A stretch of DNA of 64,000 nt from Histomonas meleagridis 2922-C6/04-290x (GCA_020184695.1 JAANOX010000267.1:1-64000); one strand, 5' to 3'. Shown: positions 22,037 to 34,270, counted from the first letter of the stretch. Numbers and translations: made by a program. The notes: generated from the sequence alone by a model not told the origin.

Positions 22037-23212
22037 ATGACATGTTCATCATTTATTGTCCATAATAACAATTGTATTATATATTTTGATTTTATAAAAG
22101 AAATTGAAACATATGAAAAAAAAAATAACAATATTAATGTATATATTAAAACCTTAGAAAAATATAATACGCATGAATCTCCAGGAGAATATGATTGCAC
22201 AAAATTCAAGCGAACGTAATATCTCCAAAAATCAAGAAATTCCTTATTTTGAAGTTAGACCATGTAATTGCATTGAAGAAGAATTTTGTTGTAGGTCATG
22301 AAAAAATTTCAAAAAGCATAATACAAAATTATTTTGAACTTTCCAAGAATGATTGGGAACTTCATAAGAAGTTAATTAAAGAAGGAGTTAATCCAAATGA
22401 AATTGCGAAAATAATTCGAATTGATGAAATAGAAAAACTTCAAGAATTATCATCACAAAATGATTTTGACTTTATTCAAACAATTGAGCCATCATTTTAT
22501 GAAAGATGTTCATTCATTAATGAAGAAAATGTTACGTTAATTGATTATGCAGCATTTTTTTCTTCAGTTAATTTTATTAAATATTTACTTATAAATGAAG
22601 CAGATGTGAATTACACAGGTAAATATGCAAATGCAGGTGGTAATGAAGAAATTATTCTTTTATGCACACAAAATCATTTATCATTTGAAGATGTATACGA
22701 AACAACAACAGAATTTCATCGAAATGATATCTTTAAATATGATAATTAAATTAAAGAATTAGGAATGTATTGTATTTTTTAGCCATAATTACGAAATTAT
22801 TAAATTTTTAATTGAAAAAGGAATGAAAATTGATTCTAATATTATTGGTGAATCAACAAGAAATGGAAATATTTTCTTTCAAAATATCAATTACTGAACT
22901 ATTATTTTAATTTATTCTTCAGTGTCAAGAAACATCGATCTTGTTAAATATATTCTGGAGCATAAAGAAATTAATATCAATGCAAAAGATATTTATATAA
23001 TTTATTCGAATTTTATATTTTTTCTAATATTTCAAAAATTCTTTTGAAAATCATTTAAATTATTATGTACAGCACTTATTGTTGCATCTTTAGAAGATCA
23101 CATAGATATAAGGAACTGATATTAATACTAAAGATAATATTCGTATGTTTTTTCTGTTATTACGAATTAATATTTAGGAAATTTTTAAATTATTTTTGGG
23201 CATCACTTATGT
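22037..23212 (+). pseudogene. Degraded DUF3447-type/ankyrin gene
   Basis: IIRIDEIEKLQE, TLIDYAAFFSSVNFIKYLL, KYANAGGNEEII; downstream ankyrin fragments (KEININAKD..TALIVAS) with stops and inserts. Confidence 0.65.
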
Positions 23213-23431
23213 TTGCATCTGTCTAGTACGAAGAAAGTTATAATATCAAGTGTTGAAGAAATAATTCAAAGTGCATTTGCTCAATGGCCTTATTTGACAG
23301 CTGTTCAAATCGGAAGTTCATTCATTCGAATTTCAGCATATGCATTTAATTCATGTCCTAAATTAACAGATGTGCAATTTGGTGATGATTTAGAAACAAT
23401 ATATAATCTTTGCAATAAAAGTGATAGTTGA
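23213..23431 (+). pseudogene. BspA-like leucine-rich repeat fragment
   Basis: SAFAQWPYLTAVQIGSSFIRISAYAFNSCPKLTDVQFGDDLETI fits the TpLRR/BspA repeat. Confidence 0.6.
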
Positions 23432-23482
23432 CATTTTAACATGAAAAAAATTAAAAAGAAAATATTTTTATATATTACATCA

Positions 23483-26400
23483 TTAATTTTCGCTATTACA
23501 ACTTTCATCGTATACATAAATTATATTATTTCTATTTTCAGCATAGATTTTTGTAATCGGCAGCGAACTAATTTCGAATTTTTTCACAATTTCAAATTCG
23601 CTTGTCTCGAAACTTACTTTAACCAAATTTACAGCGCCATTTTCCATTCCGAGCACAATTATCTTATCGAAAATGGAATATCCGACGCTTGTTAAAGCGA
23701 ACGAATTAATTTTTGTCTCAAAGCTCATTTTTCTCACAAAAAATCCATTAAATGTAAATTGGTACAAACAATTATCATCAAAAACAAACAAATTATCACT
23801 ATCATTATCAATGATTAAATCTCTAACATTTGTTATATTAATTGACGCGATTTTAATTTCATTTACAAACGACCAAATAATTATCTCATTAACACAAACA
23901 GTGAAACATAACAAATGATTCTCATTTAATATCGAAAACTTAGGGCAAATAAATGTAACTTTTGATATTAATTCAACTAATTGTGAAGTTTGTTCATAAC
24001 GCATTCGTAAAATTAATACATCTGATAAAGTTGTAGTTATCGATAAAAACATATAATTCTCAGAAAATGAATAATTTCGAATAAACATGAAAAATGGTGA
24101 CTTAATCTTTGTGGAAAAAATTAATATTGAAGATTGATTTTCGATTACTTCGACTTTAATTTTCGGCTTCCTATCAATTTTCTGGTTCAACTGAATTTTG
24201 AATTGGTTCACGTCAAGTTTTTGAATTTCCTTTGAAATTTTATGTTTTTCAGTGAAAATTTGAAGCGGTACTTGGCCGCATGTAATCATCCAATTGTGCA
24301 CGTTATCGAAGTTCTCTTTGTTGTTATTAATATCATAATAAGACAATGGGTTAAAAACGTTTAAGTTTTCAACGGCGTTATCACCTTTTTGATTTATACC
24401 GAACACCAAATCTATCCAATTATTCAAATTTGTTCTAATGTAATTATTTTCAAGAACATATCTATGATATTCTATGAAGCGAAACACATCCTTAGACCAA
24501 TGTGGTAATTCTATTTTATATTTATTACCGTCGTCCAAGATAAACTCATTTAAGTTGATGAAAATCTCAGGAAACGAATACATCTCAGGCGAGAACTCAC
24601 ACGTTTTTGATTTCAAAATGGAAAAAGAAGTCGGAATCGACGTCAAAAATCGTTTTTGTTTATCCCATCCTTTGTTTACATCCCATTGATGCAAACAGAA
24701 TGGCGGCATACAAGTTAACATTGTACAAATGATTAAAGGGTTTGATAAATTTTCTGATTGATGATAATGTTGATTATTAAATGTGTTTTGAAGTTTTTCT
24801 TTTGTAATTTCTGTTTGGTTCACGTAAAAAATCGGGACTTTTAAGTTACGAATATTTGTAATTAAATTTGATTCGTTTAATTCCTTTTGTAAGTTAATTA
24901 TTAAACGTGGAAATATTGGATATGAACATAAATCATCAAATGTTCGATTCGACATTACATTAATTTGCATTAAGTATTGGAAATTTGATATTTCCGTGTT
25001 TAGCCATTTATTTAATTCATTATTATTTTGTTGGTTTAAGAATAAAAATGAATTAATTTTATTGAAATTTATAATTTCATTATTAAAGAATTCTAATATG
25101 AACGAACTTGAATTTATTGTTTGTATTTGATATGAATTAGGATTCGATGCAAATATATATTTGTTGATATGTAATATGTCTTCTTCTTTTACTTTTATAA
25201 TGAAATTTCCACAGAAAAGTGAATATTTACCATAATCATTTTGTAATATGGACTCAATTAATATGTTCGATATTGGTTCATGAATTAATTCGATATCATT
25301 TTGTTCATTAATTTTGGAATTTAATAAAATTTTCAAATTATTTCCTTTCTTAAATAATATCGAAGGTATACATAGTTCTAATTTAATGAAATTACAATTA
25401 TACATTAAATTATATTTAGGATTTATATTATTAAATATATCAATAAGTGATTTATATTCAAATATTAATGAATTAATATATAAATCATTCGGATATTCAT
25501 TAGAAATGTTTTCAGTTTTAATATAACTTAATTTCATTTGATAATTTTTATATATTATTTGTTGTGTTTCATTGTTTGTATTATTCGGTGAATTTATTGT
25601 ATACTTCGAAGGTATTATAATATTACGTGGAATTGTTTGTAACAAATTATTTTGATATAAACGAAATGATTTATGTTCTTCTGTTGATTTAAAGTTATAA
25701 TATTTCGTTATATGATAATATATACGTGTAAAACGTTTTTCATTTTCACGTAAATAAATGTTTGATAATTTATAAAAGTTTTGCAAATAATATAATGATT
25801 TAATTGATGAAAGAAATATGTTTTGATATAAAATTGGTATTAAATTATCATAAAACAAATTCGTAATTATAATTTTTTGATTTGGTTTATTAAATTGTTG
25901 ATAAAATGTTTCGATTTTTTCTTTAATTATGTTCGATATTTCAAATGTTTCAAAGTTTAAATTTAAGTTTAAAAACGTTTCAAATGTTTGTGAGTTATTA
26001 ATAATTTGTAAAAATTGTTTATCATTGTAATCATGATTATTTAATATTTGTTTAACTTTTGGATAAAATTTATCCATGAAATTATTTGTAACGTTATATT
26101 TATGTTTATAAATTTCGGATAATAAATATATTGCTGAAAATGAATAATTTTTCAAGAAAATTTGTTCGATGTTTAATGAAATGTTATTAAAGAATATATT
26201 TCGAGTTTCATCATCAATTTTATCTAATGAATTAATCAAAAATATTATATAATATTGTAATGTTATTGCGTTTTGACAAAAGTTTATAATTATTTTTATG
26301 AATTCTTCATTAACTTCTTTTGATTTCTTATTAAAATAATATAACGTTATATATGATAAACCTTTTATATATGTTTTATCATTAATTTTATTATTATTAT

Positions 26401-29400
26401 TTTTATATATTTTAATTAAAACCTTTTCAATGACTTTCTTTTTAGAGTTTGTAATAATAAATCGTAAATTCTCTTTCGATTTCTTAAAGTTATTTAAAAA
26501 AGTATTTATCATATCATATAAAAACAATTTCAAGAACTTAATATAATTATTTGGATATGGTTTCTTTATTCCGAAATTATTTTCTTTAAATTTATTAATG
26601 AAATCAAGAAAAATGTTTTTCTTTTGTATTAATAGTAATGTTTGTTCATATGTTTTATCAAATATATTATTTAAACTTTGGATGTCATCAATTAATGGAA
26701 TTTTATTTGATGTTATACATTTACCTTTTAAAAAGTTATAGAAATAAGGAATTATATCTTTAAGGAATAAAATTTGTTGTTTATTTTGGAATAGTTTCAA
26801 AATTATATTAAATATTTGTTTCGTATATTCATTTTTAGGTAATTTTGTTATCGATAATAGAAATGTTAACAAAATTGGTAAATATTTCCGATTTTTTATA
26901 TCTAAACTTTGATAATCTTTTTGGAAATCAAATTTTTCACTTATAATTTTACTCATTAAATATGAAAATATTTCTTCTGAAGTAGAAAATCGTTGAGAAA
27001 CATAACAAATTAAAGGAATTTGACTTTCGATTTTTTGTACATTATTTAAATACTTCAAAAACAAATGTTTAGCTTTATTTTCATTAACAAATAATGATAA
27101 TATTAATAAATCATTGTTATTAATATATTCTTGATTGTTTTGCGTTTCAAGTTCAAAGATTAAATCGATCATTTTCTCTTGTATTAAATTTTCATCGAAA
27201 AAATGATTCATTATTTCGGATATATTTTCGATTTTTATTGAGTAAATTGGGTTCCAAATATTTGCAATTATAACAAAAGATGAAATTTTTTGGATATTAT
27301 AATTATTAACATGATTTATTATAAATTTCATATAACTTATAATTTTATTAGTTAATTCTTCATTTTGATGATATATCATTAAATTATAATAAAAAGATAT
27401 AAATTGATTATCAATAATTGTTTCAAATGAAATTGATTTTGACCATTTTTCTAATTTTAACATTAAAATATCCAAAACATTTATTAAAACTTCGATTTTT
27501 AATTCTAATAATAAATTAAAATCAAATAATAAACAGTTTAAACTTGAAGTTTTTTCAAGTTTGAAATCATTTGGTATTTTATTAATAGATTTTAAATAAA
27601 ATTTTACATCATTTTCATCACAATTTTTCACATTTTTTTCTAAACTATATAAATAACGTTTGAAATATTTAATTAAACTTGTTCTCTTTATATATAATGG
27701 GACATAACAAAAAATTATTTGTAAATTTTTTCTTTTTTCATTATCATTAACTATTTCATCGAATATTTCAAATAATAAATAAGAAAATCGAATCTCATAA
27801 AACAAACTTGAAAATGATAAATAAGGAGAGAAATAATAATTCGATTCATTCTCATTTATATTAATTATATAATCCAATGAATTCATATTAATTTGTTCTG
27901 TTTGTATATTATTTGAATTAGATCCGTAAATTGGATTTTCGATATAATAATGATGAAAAGAAATTTTTTCTTTATTTCCTAAATAACTATTTAAAAACAT
28001 ATTACCTTTACCAGATACAATTAATTTATCATTAAAATATATTCCAATTTTCGAAAATATTCCAGTAGATATAAATGTAATTTTTAACCATTTGTTTATA
28101 GTGATTTTATATATTGGTTTATTTTGATAATAAATTTGATCATTTTTTATTGATAATTCGATTGAATGGAAATTAACAAAAGTTGTGAATTCATTTGATA
28201 AATATATAAAATTAATATAAAATATTAATGAATTATAATTTTGATCAATATAAATATATGATTTTTGATTAGGAAAGAATTCATATATTGAATAATTTTG
28301 TTCGATTTTATTAAATAATTTTGGTATTATATTATTTGATTTATTTATTATATATAAAAATGAATTCGTGTCTATAAAGCGTTTAAATATTTGTTCAATT
28401 AATTCATCGTTTAAATTATTAAAACTTAAATTAAGTTTTTGATATATTGGAAATGAATATTTAAATATTAAATAATAATTATAATATGAATTAGTGTCGA
28501 CATTGCTTATGAATGGTATTAATGAAGGAAAATGTATAATTTCATTTGGATTTTCAGTTATAATTAAATTTTTAATTAAGTTTATATCAACTTGAAATAT
28601 TTTCGATTCTTTTGGTTGTGTTATTATCCAATCATCGAAATAATAATTATTTGGAATTAATAATAAGAAATCTAAAAAGTTTTTAATATAATTATTAATA
28701 ATAGAAAACTTTGATTCTAAAATCGAGAAAACATTCGTAATTTTAAAGTAAAACTTTAAATTTGTTATACTTTTTAATAACTTAAAATAAATATCATAAA
28801 AATCATTGTTTTCTAATGTTAATAATATATATTTCAAAATAATTTTCGAGAAATTATTTGAAATAATTTGTATTAATTTATTATAAATTTCATTATCATT
28901 TTCATTTTTTAGTTTTAAAATAATATTAAAAATTCGTTCAATTAAATTCATATTTGAATTATTTTTATTTCGTGCTAATAATATTTCGAATATTTGTATA
29001 AAAGAGTTAAAATTTTTAATGAAGAAAATGATTTGGTTTATATTTATTTCAATAATTAACTTATTAAAGAAATAATTATCTTGAAAAGTATTCGTATCAA
29101 AGTTATATTTATTTAATAATGAATTTAACCATTTAAATATATTCGCATAAACTATATTCGGATCATTATTATTACACAAAAACTCATAAAACTCAACGTT
29201 AACAATCGAAATCGAAAAAATTGAAATTTTTAAAATTTTCGTTAAAATTTTTGTATATAGTTCAAACGCAAGTGGATCATAAAAAACAAACGGTAAAAAC
29301 CAATTTTGTGGGAGAAATTTCATTGGGTTTTGAAGTATTAATTCGGATTTATCTAAGATGTGATTAAGAATTTGTTTCTTAATTCCATTCGAAACATCAT

Positions 29401-30253
29401 TTTTTCGATATAAATCATTTAAATGTGTTAACACATTATAATTTATCGTTTCGTTTTGTATACAAAATAATAATTCATCATAAATTTTAATGATATCATC
29501 AACACATTTTGTTTCTAAAAATCGATTTAAATTGGTAAAAAAATCTGTGGTCTCTAATAAATCATAATTTTTAGGATTATTAAGCAAATAGACTTTGATG
29601 ATTCGTAATGAAAAATCTAAATATAATGGATATGATCCTTCCGTTGAAAATTGGGATCGAAATAATACATTAAAAACTTCAACAATAAGTTCAATGGACT
29701 GGATTTTGATTTCATTTAAGAATTGATCTGAAATTAAAAATGGTAAAAATCGTAATAGATCTTCATTATGTGGACAAAAACAATGAATAAGTTCTAATAG
29801 TCGTCTGGAGTGTATAAATATATTGCAAATCCCTTCATCTAAAAAAATTGATTGAATAAATTCAAAACAATTAATATCGATTCCAATAAATTTCTTTGAA
29901 AAAATCATATCAACCATGAAAATATATTGATCTGGCTTTGGAATTTTGTTAAAAAATCGAATAAAGATTTGTACTGCTTCACAACATAAGAGAAATGTCT
30001 TTTGATCTATCACTTCATATTTTGTATTTTCTTCAAAATTAACAAAAAGTAAAGGAAGGCTACTTGCAAATCCTTGAATAGAGTCCATTTCACAATTTCT
30101 TGGAAATGATTGATCTCGAAATATTTCAACGAAAGATTCTAAAACGGAACTGATAAATCGCTTTTTCTCATCATCTTTAAGTTCTTTTAAGTTTTCTGGT
30201 TGAAAAATAAATATATTTTGATACGTTTTGGGAAATGAAAACCGTTTAGTCAA
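23483..30253 (-). CDS. BEACH domain protein (PH-BEACH-WD40 C-terminus), about 2250 aa
   Basis: YLMQINVMSNRTFDDLCSYPIFP, SPEMYSFPEIF, LPHWS, LNNWIDLVFG, NVFNPLSY, GQVPLQIF. The ORF opens at TTG; the first ATG is codon 56. Confidence 0.92.
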   Translation of the reverse strand: MTKRFSFPKTYQNIFIFQPENLKELKDDEKKRFISSVLESFVEIFRDQSFPRNCEMDSIQGFASSLPLLFVNFEENTKYEVIDQKTFLLCCEAVQIFIRFFNKIPKPDQYIFMVDMIFSKKFIGIDINCFEFIQSIFLDEGICNIFIHSRRLLELIHCFCPHNEDLLRFLPFLISDQFLNEIKIQSIELIVEVFNVLFRSQFSTEGSYPLYLDFSLRIIKVYLLNNPKNYDLLETTDFFTNLNRFLETKCVDDIIKIYDELLFCIQNETINYNVLTHLNDLYRKNDVSNGIKKQILNHILDKSELILQNPMKFLPQNWFLPFVFYDPLAFELYTKILTKILKISIFSISIVNVEFYEFLCNNNDPNIVYANIFKWLNSLLNKYNFDTNTFQDNYFFNKLIIEININQIIFFIKNFNSFIQIFEILLARNKNNSNMNLIERIFNIILKLKNENDNEIYNKLIQIISNNFSKIILKYILLTLENNDFYDIYFKLLKSITNLKFYFKITNVFSILESKFSIINNYIKNFLDFLLLIPNNYYFDDWIITQPKESKIFQVDINLIKNLIITENPNEIIHFPSLIPFISNVDTNSYYNYYLIFKYSFPIYQKLNLSFNNLNDELIEQIFKRFIDTNSFLYIINKSNNIIPKLFNKIEQNYSIYEFFPNQKSYIYIDQNYNSLIFYINFIYLSNEFTTFVNFHSIELSIKNDQIYYQNKPIYKITINKWLKITFISTGIFSKIGIYFNDKLIVSGKGNMFLNSYLGNKEKISFHHYYIENPIYGSNSNNIQTEQINMNSLDYIININENESNYYFSPYLSFSSLFYEIRFSYLLFEIFDEIVNDNEKRKNLQIIFCYVPLYIKRTSLIKYFKRYLYSLEKNVKNCDENDVKFYLKSINKIPNDFKLEKTSSLNCLLFDFNLLLELKIEVLINVLDILMLKLEKWSKSISFETIIDNQFISFYYNLMIYHQNEELTNKIISYMKFIINHVNNYNIQKISSFVIIANIWNPIYSIKIENISEIMNHFFDENLIQEKMIDLIFELETQNNQEYINNNDLLILSLFVNENKAKHLFLKYLNNVQKIESQIPLICYVSQRFSTSEEIFSYLMSKIISEKFDFQKDYQSLDIKNRKYLPILLTFLLSITKLPKNEYTKQIFNIILKLFQNKQQILFLKDIIPYFYNFLKGKCITSNKIPLIDDIQSLNNIFDKTYEQTLLLIQKKNIFLDFINKFKENNFGIKKPYPNNYIKFLKLFLYDMINTFLNNFKKSKENLRFIITNSKKKVIEKVLIKIYKNNNNKINDKTYIKGLSYITLYYFNKKSKEVNEEFIKIIINFCQNAITLQYYIIFLINSLDKIDDETRNIFFNNISLNIEQIFLKNYSFSAIYLLSEIYKHKYNVTNNFMDKFYPKVKQILNNHDYNDKQFLQIINNSQTFETFLNLNLNFETFEISNIIKEKIETFYQQFNKPNQKIIITNLFYDNLIPILYQNIFLSSIKSLYYLQNFYKLSNIYLRENEKRFTRIYYHITKYYNFKSTEEHKSFRLYQNNLLQTIPRNIIIPSKYTINSPNNTNNETQQIIYKNYQMKLSYIKTENISNEYPNDLYINSLIFEYKSLIDIFNNINPKYNLMYNCNFIKLELCIPSILFKKGNNLKILLNSKINEQNDIELIHEPISNILIESILQNDYGKYSLFCGNFIIKVKEEDILHINKYIFASNPNSYQIQTINSSSFILEFFNNEIINFNKINSFLFLNQQNNNELNKWLNTEISNFQYLMQINVMSNRTFDDLCSYPIFPRLIINLQKELNESNLITNIRNLKVPIFYVNQTEITKEKLQNTFNNQHYHQSENLSNPLIICTMLTCMPPFCLHQWDVNKGWDKQKRFLTSIPTSFSILKSKTCEFSPEMYSFPEIFINLNEFILDDGNKYKIELPHWSKDVFRFIEYHRYVLENNYIRTNLNNWIDLVFGINQKGDNAVENLNVFNPLSYYDINNNKENFDNVHNWMITCGQVPLQIFTEKHKISKEIQKLDVNQFKIQLNQKIDRKPKIKVEVIENQSSILIFSTKIKSPFFMFIRNYSFSENYMFLSITTTLSDVLILRMRYEQTSQLVELISKVTFICPKFSILNENHLLCFTVCVNEIIIWSFVNEIKIASINITNVRDLIIDNDSDNLFVFDDNCLYQFTFNGFFVRKMSFETKINSFALTSVGYSIFDKIIVLGMENGAVNLVKVSFETSEFEIVKKFEISSLPITKIYAENRNNIIYVYDESCNSEN

Positions 30254-30331
30254 ATTACTTTGTCACTTTTAATAAAATATTTAATTCCAAAAAATCCAAA
30301 AAATTAAAACGCAAAATAAAAAAATGATGTG

Positions 30332-30931
30332 TTAGTTTAGACGGATTTGTTGAATGTATTTGCTATAGAAGTAAATGCAAAGGAACAACAATATTTGGAA
30401 TCCTACAAAATATGAAATTGCTTGTGTTGTTGTTGTTTTCTTATACTTTCCGACTGATTTAACAACTTTCTTCTGAACCTTTTCTGAAACTTCTCTATTT
30501 TGATCAAGAGATTTCGAAACAATTTCACGAAGAGAACCAATAATTTCTTTTCTGACTTGTTTCATTGAGGTTTGTAATTCAACACGTGTTTCATTTACAA
30601 GCTTATCAATGTCTCCTTTTAATTTATCTGCTTCTTGTTGTAATTGTAGAAATTCTTTCTTCATTTCTCTATCACGTGCATCAACTGAGTTTAAGACTGT
30701 ATGAAGGTGTGAGCCGATTTCGTATTCAATTTCATATCTGGTTGCTGCAGAATCTATGATTGTAGCTAATTCTGTTAAAGCCCAGATGATAGCTTGATAT
30801 TTTTGACCTTGAGTTTTCAATTTATTGTATTCAAGCAGATACCTCTCGGCTATAGTTTGTTCTAATCCATGTGTGTCTGAATCTGAATTAGCTGATATAC
30901 CTAAGACAGAAAATAAAACGAGACCAAACAT
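30332..30931 (-). CDS. Signal peptide + coiled-coil + C-terminal TM protein
   Basis: Hydrophobic N-terminus MFGLVLFSVLGISA, heptad-rich middle, C-terminal TM AISYFVGFQILLFLCIYFYS. Confidence 0.7.
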   Translation of the reverse strand: MFGLVLFSVLGISANSDSDTHGLEQTIAERYLLEYNKLKTQGQKYQAIIWALTELATIIDSAATRYEIEYEIGSHLHTVLNSVDARDREMKKEFLQLQQEADKLKGDIDKLVNETRVELQTSMKQVRKEIIGSLREIVSKSLDQNREVSEKVQKKVVKSVGKYKKTTTTQAISYFVGFQILLFLCIYFYSKYIQQIRLN

Positions 30932-30998
30932 TGGATGTCAAAACCGCTTTCTGACAAAATTTCCGATTGAAGAGACCGTTTACATTAATATGGACTAA

Positions 30999-31634
30999 AT
31001 GACTAAAAAAGAAGAAATGAATGACCATTCTTTTGACATAGCAATTAAAGCTCTTGTCAAACGAGATTTCTTTCCTGATTTAAAACAAGATCATCAAGAT
31101 GAAACTATTAATAAGTATGATTTAAATTCATTTTGTAACACTTACATTAGTAAAAGCGATGCCAAGTTCGTGAACTCAATAGAAAATGACAGAAAATTAC
31201 TTAGAAGTTCTGCACCAAAACCAATATATCCTTTAAATGTTGATGATTCTAAAATGAATCCTTGGCCTCATCCACAATATAATGCCTTATTCTATGAGCC
31301 TCCAACAATAAATTCAAATAAGCATAATGCCATAACATATAACAAAACTCGTAAAGTTCCATCAATTCGATTTTCTCAAACAAGATTGCCTGATGAAGCT
31401 TCGTCGTCATTTTTCAAAGACTTCCCGGCTTACCATCCATTTACAACAGAATCCTCCACAACTGAAAGTGAGAGTGAATTTGAAGGAAGATCTCAATACT
31501 CTGCATATGCAATCAAAGCTTACCAAAACTCATCTAAACAGATCAGAAGAGATAGGTTGGAGAAAAGAAAGAAGAGGAATGAACTTTCAAGTCGTGGTCT
31601 CGATCTTCTTAAAACTTTGGAATCAAAGGATTAA
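30999..31634 (+). CDS. ESS2: ESS2/DGCR14-like splicing-associated nuclear protein
   Basis: IKALVKRDFFPDL and DLNSFCNTYISKSDAKF match the ESS2 N-terminal motifs (I.RDFFPD; LD.F...YTSEDN.SF). Confidence 0.7.
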   Translation: MTKKEEMNDHSFDIAIKALVKRDFFPDLKQDHQDETINKYDLNSFCNTYISKSDAKFVNSIENDRKLLRSSAPKPIYPLNVDDSKMNPWPHPQYNALFYEPPTINSNKHNAITYNKTRKVPSIRFSQTRLPDEASSSFFKDFPAYHPFTTESSTTESESEFEGRSQYSAYAIKAYQNSSKQIRRDRLEKRKKRNELSSRGLDLLKTLESKD

Positions 31635-32506
31635 AAACACATTATATTAAACATATTTCGTTAAATCACGAACTTTTTTTATTTATTTATTGCAATGGTA
31701 TATTAAAGATTTCCTTCTTTATTTTTTGTTAGAGTCCAATATTTCATTTCATGTAGTGTAGTGCCTTAATGATTTTTACAAAATTGGTATCTAATCTGAT
31801 GTGTTGAGTTAAGTTTGATAAAATAAATGAAATATTTAGGGAAACTATGTGAGAAAGATTTCCTAGAATCGAATGAAAAACGGTTGGACAAAAAAGTCTA
31901 TTGGAGCGATTATTATCGTAATCACAAAAAGTCGTTATAATACAAATGTGACTTTTATTTATTCTTTGTTAAAAACATAATATAATATATGTCTCGTATG
32001 ATTTATGAAAGTTCTTTATGTCACCTCATCAGTAGAAATATTATTTCTATTTTTAAATATTTGTAATGAAAATGAATTCTTCATTCGACCAACTTCGATA
32101 TTTCACGAAGTTTGTTGCCATATTTAAATGTGTTCTGAAAGGTATTTCACTGGGTTTGTTGCCATATTTGAGAGCTATCGTTGCCATGTTTGAATGACGC
32201 CGATCATTCCCATGTACTGAAATATGGTGTGTATGCCATATTTTTAGAATTTCAGGTGGCAATGAAAGTGTCTATGTTGAAGTCTAAATATGAACTACAG
32301 CCATCATGCGGTGAAGGGTTGTTGGATAACTTCATTTTAAAACAAAGAAAGAAGTGGGAACCTACACAAAGCAACTCTATTACATAAGAATATCACATTT
32401 TCAAAGTTAAAAAAGATTAGTTTTCGTTATCAAATTTCGAAAATTAATATCAAAAAGCAATTTAGAGATAAAACATATTTGATAATTACTTTATTTCATT
32501 GAAATA

Positions 32507-33810
32507 TAGGGTGTCCAACACCAAGTGTAGCATCTCATTATACAAATAAAATTTAAATGAACTAAAATAATGATTAGAATGTTTACTTGATATACTCTCC
32601 TTTGGTATGTATTACTTGTTCCAATCTCCTTTCCCATTCTTCAAAAACCCGTTTTAACATATCGGTTGGTATTTGTTGTAAAATATCAGTTATACATTTT
32701 TTTACCACCTTTCTTGATTCGTATGATTGACCTTCCATTTTATTTTTGATATAGCCAAATAGGAAGAAGTCTGATGGTGCTATATCTGGTGCATAAGGAT
32801 AATGAGGTGCTCTTTTAAGACCTTTAATATTCATTATATTAGTTGTGTGCTTCGATATGTGAGGACGTGCATTATCGGCATGGACGGTTAATCTTCTTCC
32901 TTCATTATCTAAATATCCCCCATTTAATTTTGCAGGTTCCTTAATAATATTATTCGCATTATACTTCGAATTAAATGTTTCGCCTTTTGGAAGAAAGTTA
33001 ATAACCTTTATTCCGCTTGGATTCCAAAAAGTTGTCAGCATAATTTTTTTATCTGTTAAAACCTTATTTGGACGTGTTTGAGGCTGACTTCCGATGGGTA
33101 TCCATTGTTGAGAAGGATAATATGAATATTCAAACCAAGATTCGTCTCCTGTAACGAAATATATATAATTGTTATGTTTGGCTGAATTCAGAATCTTAAA
33201 AAATGCCTTTGAGATTGTTACTTTTCGAATTTATTGTTTTTCTGAGAGACTGTGGGGAACCCACTTTAAATGCATGCTTACATAAAAAAGCATATTTGTT
33301 AAATGATAATATACCGTACTTTTTGGAATCCTCGTAGTGTTAGCTATATAACGAACAGATGCAAATGGCTCTTCATCAAGTACATACAAAAATTTTTTCA
33401 TTAATGATTTTGTGTTCATCGAAATTTGCATTTGAAGTTTCCTTGTTAACGGTTTTTGATGTTTTGCAATTTCTAATATATTTTGTAATTGTTGAATATG
33501 AAATACATTGATCTTGAAGAGTCAATTTCATTTCTGTATATATTGATTTTTTATTTTTCCCTTGTAAGTGTAAGAAAATCGCAATTGATTTCTGATCGAG
33601 TTCCATTTTGAACTTTTTGAGTATTTTAAACGTATATTTTTTCCAATTTTCTATCAAAAAAGTTCAAATATCTCATTATATCTAATTTTTTATGAAACTT
33701 CATATTTATAAAAAATAAAATGTTATATTCATATATTATTTATATATATATATATTAATAATTAAATATGCTCACATATGGAGATGCTACACTTAGGGTT
33801 GGACACCCTA
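32507..33810 (-). mobile_element. Full-length Tc1/mariner (DD34D) transposon, 1304 bp, TA target-site duplications
   Basis: 30-bp TIRs (tagggtgtccaac..aagtgtagcatctc, 2 mismatches) at 32507-32536 and 33781-33810; TA at 32505-6 and 33811-2. Confidence 0.93.
32583..33606 (-). pseudogene. Mariner transposase with one frameshift and one nonsense codon
   Basis: HTH MELDQKSIAIFLHLQG; WVPHSL; TGDESW; ADNARPH and APDIAPSDF with 34 residues between the Asps. +1 T near 33385 and TAA at 33231. Confidence 0.9.
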
Positions 33811-34270
33811 TATTACATTTTTAAAGTTAAATTGATTAGTACAATTTTTGTGAATATCAAATAATAGTTTGATTTCCGTGAATATGATTCAAATAAAAAA
33901 TAACATAAATAACATACATAAATTATAATGAATAATGATATAAATGTAATGATAAAATAATAAAAATGGTCATTTTCATTAAAATTTTAGTGATATTCAG
34001 AGAAATATTAATTAAGAAATATCGTAACGAGAAACAATTTTTTTTTATTTTAAAGACGGAAAATGATGTATTGAAATATTATTTGGTAATATATTTTTCA
34101 AACAGAATAATTCGAAATATTCATATATAAATTAATATATATAATATATATAAGAGGCATAGATAATTAATTATAAATTTAAGCAAAATAATGTTTAAAT
34201 ATTCATAAATTTATTCTCAAAATTTAAAATTTAATCAGACTTCGTGTTTACTAATTCACTTTTTTATATA

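Noticed and set aside
32053-32387. Small ORFs and recurring GCCATATTT words left of the mariner
   Set aside because: No recognisable domain; probably decayed TE sequence.
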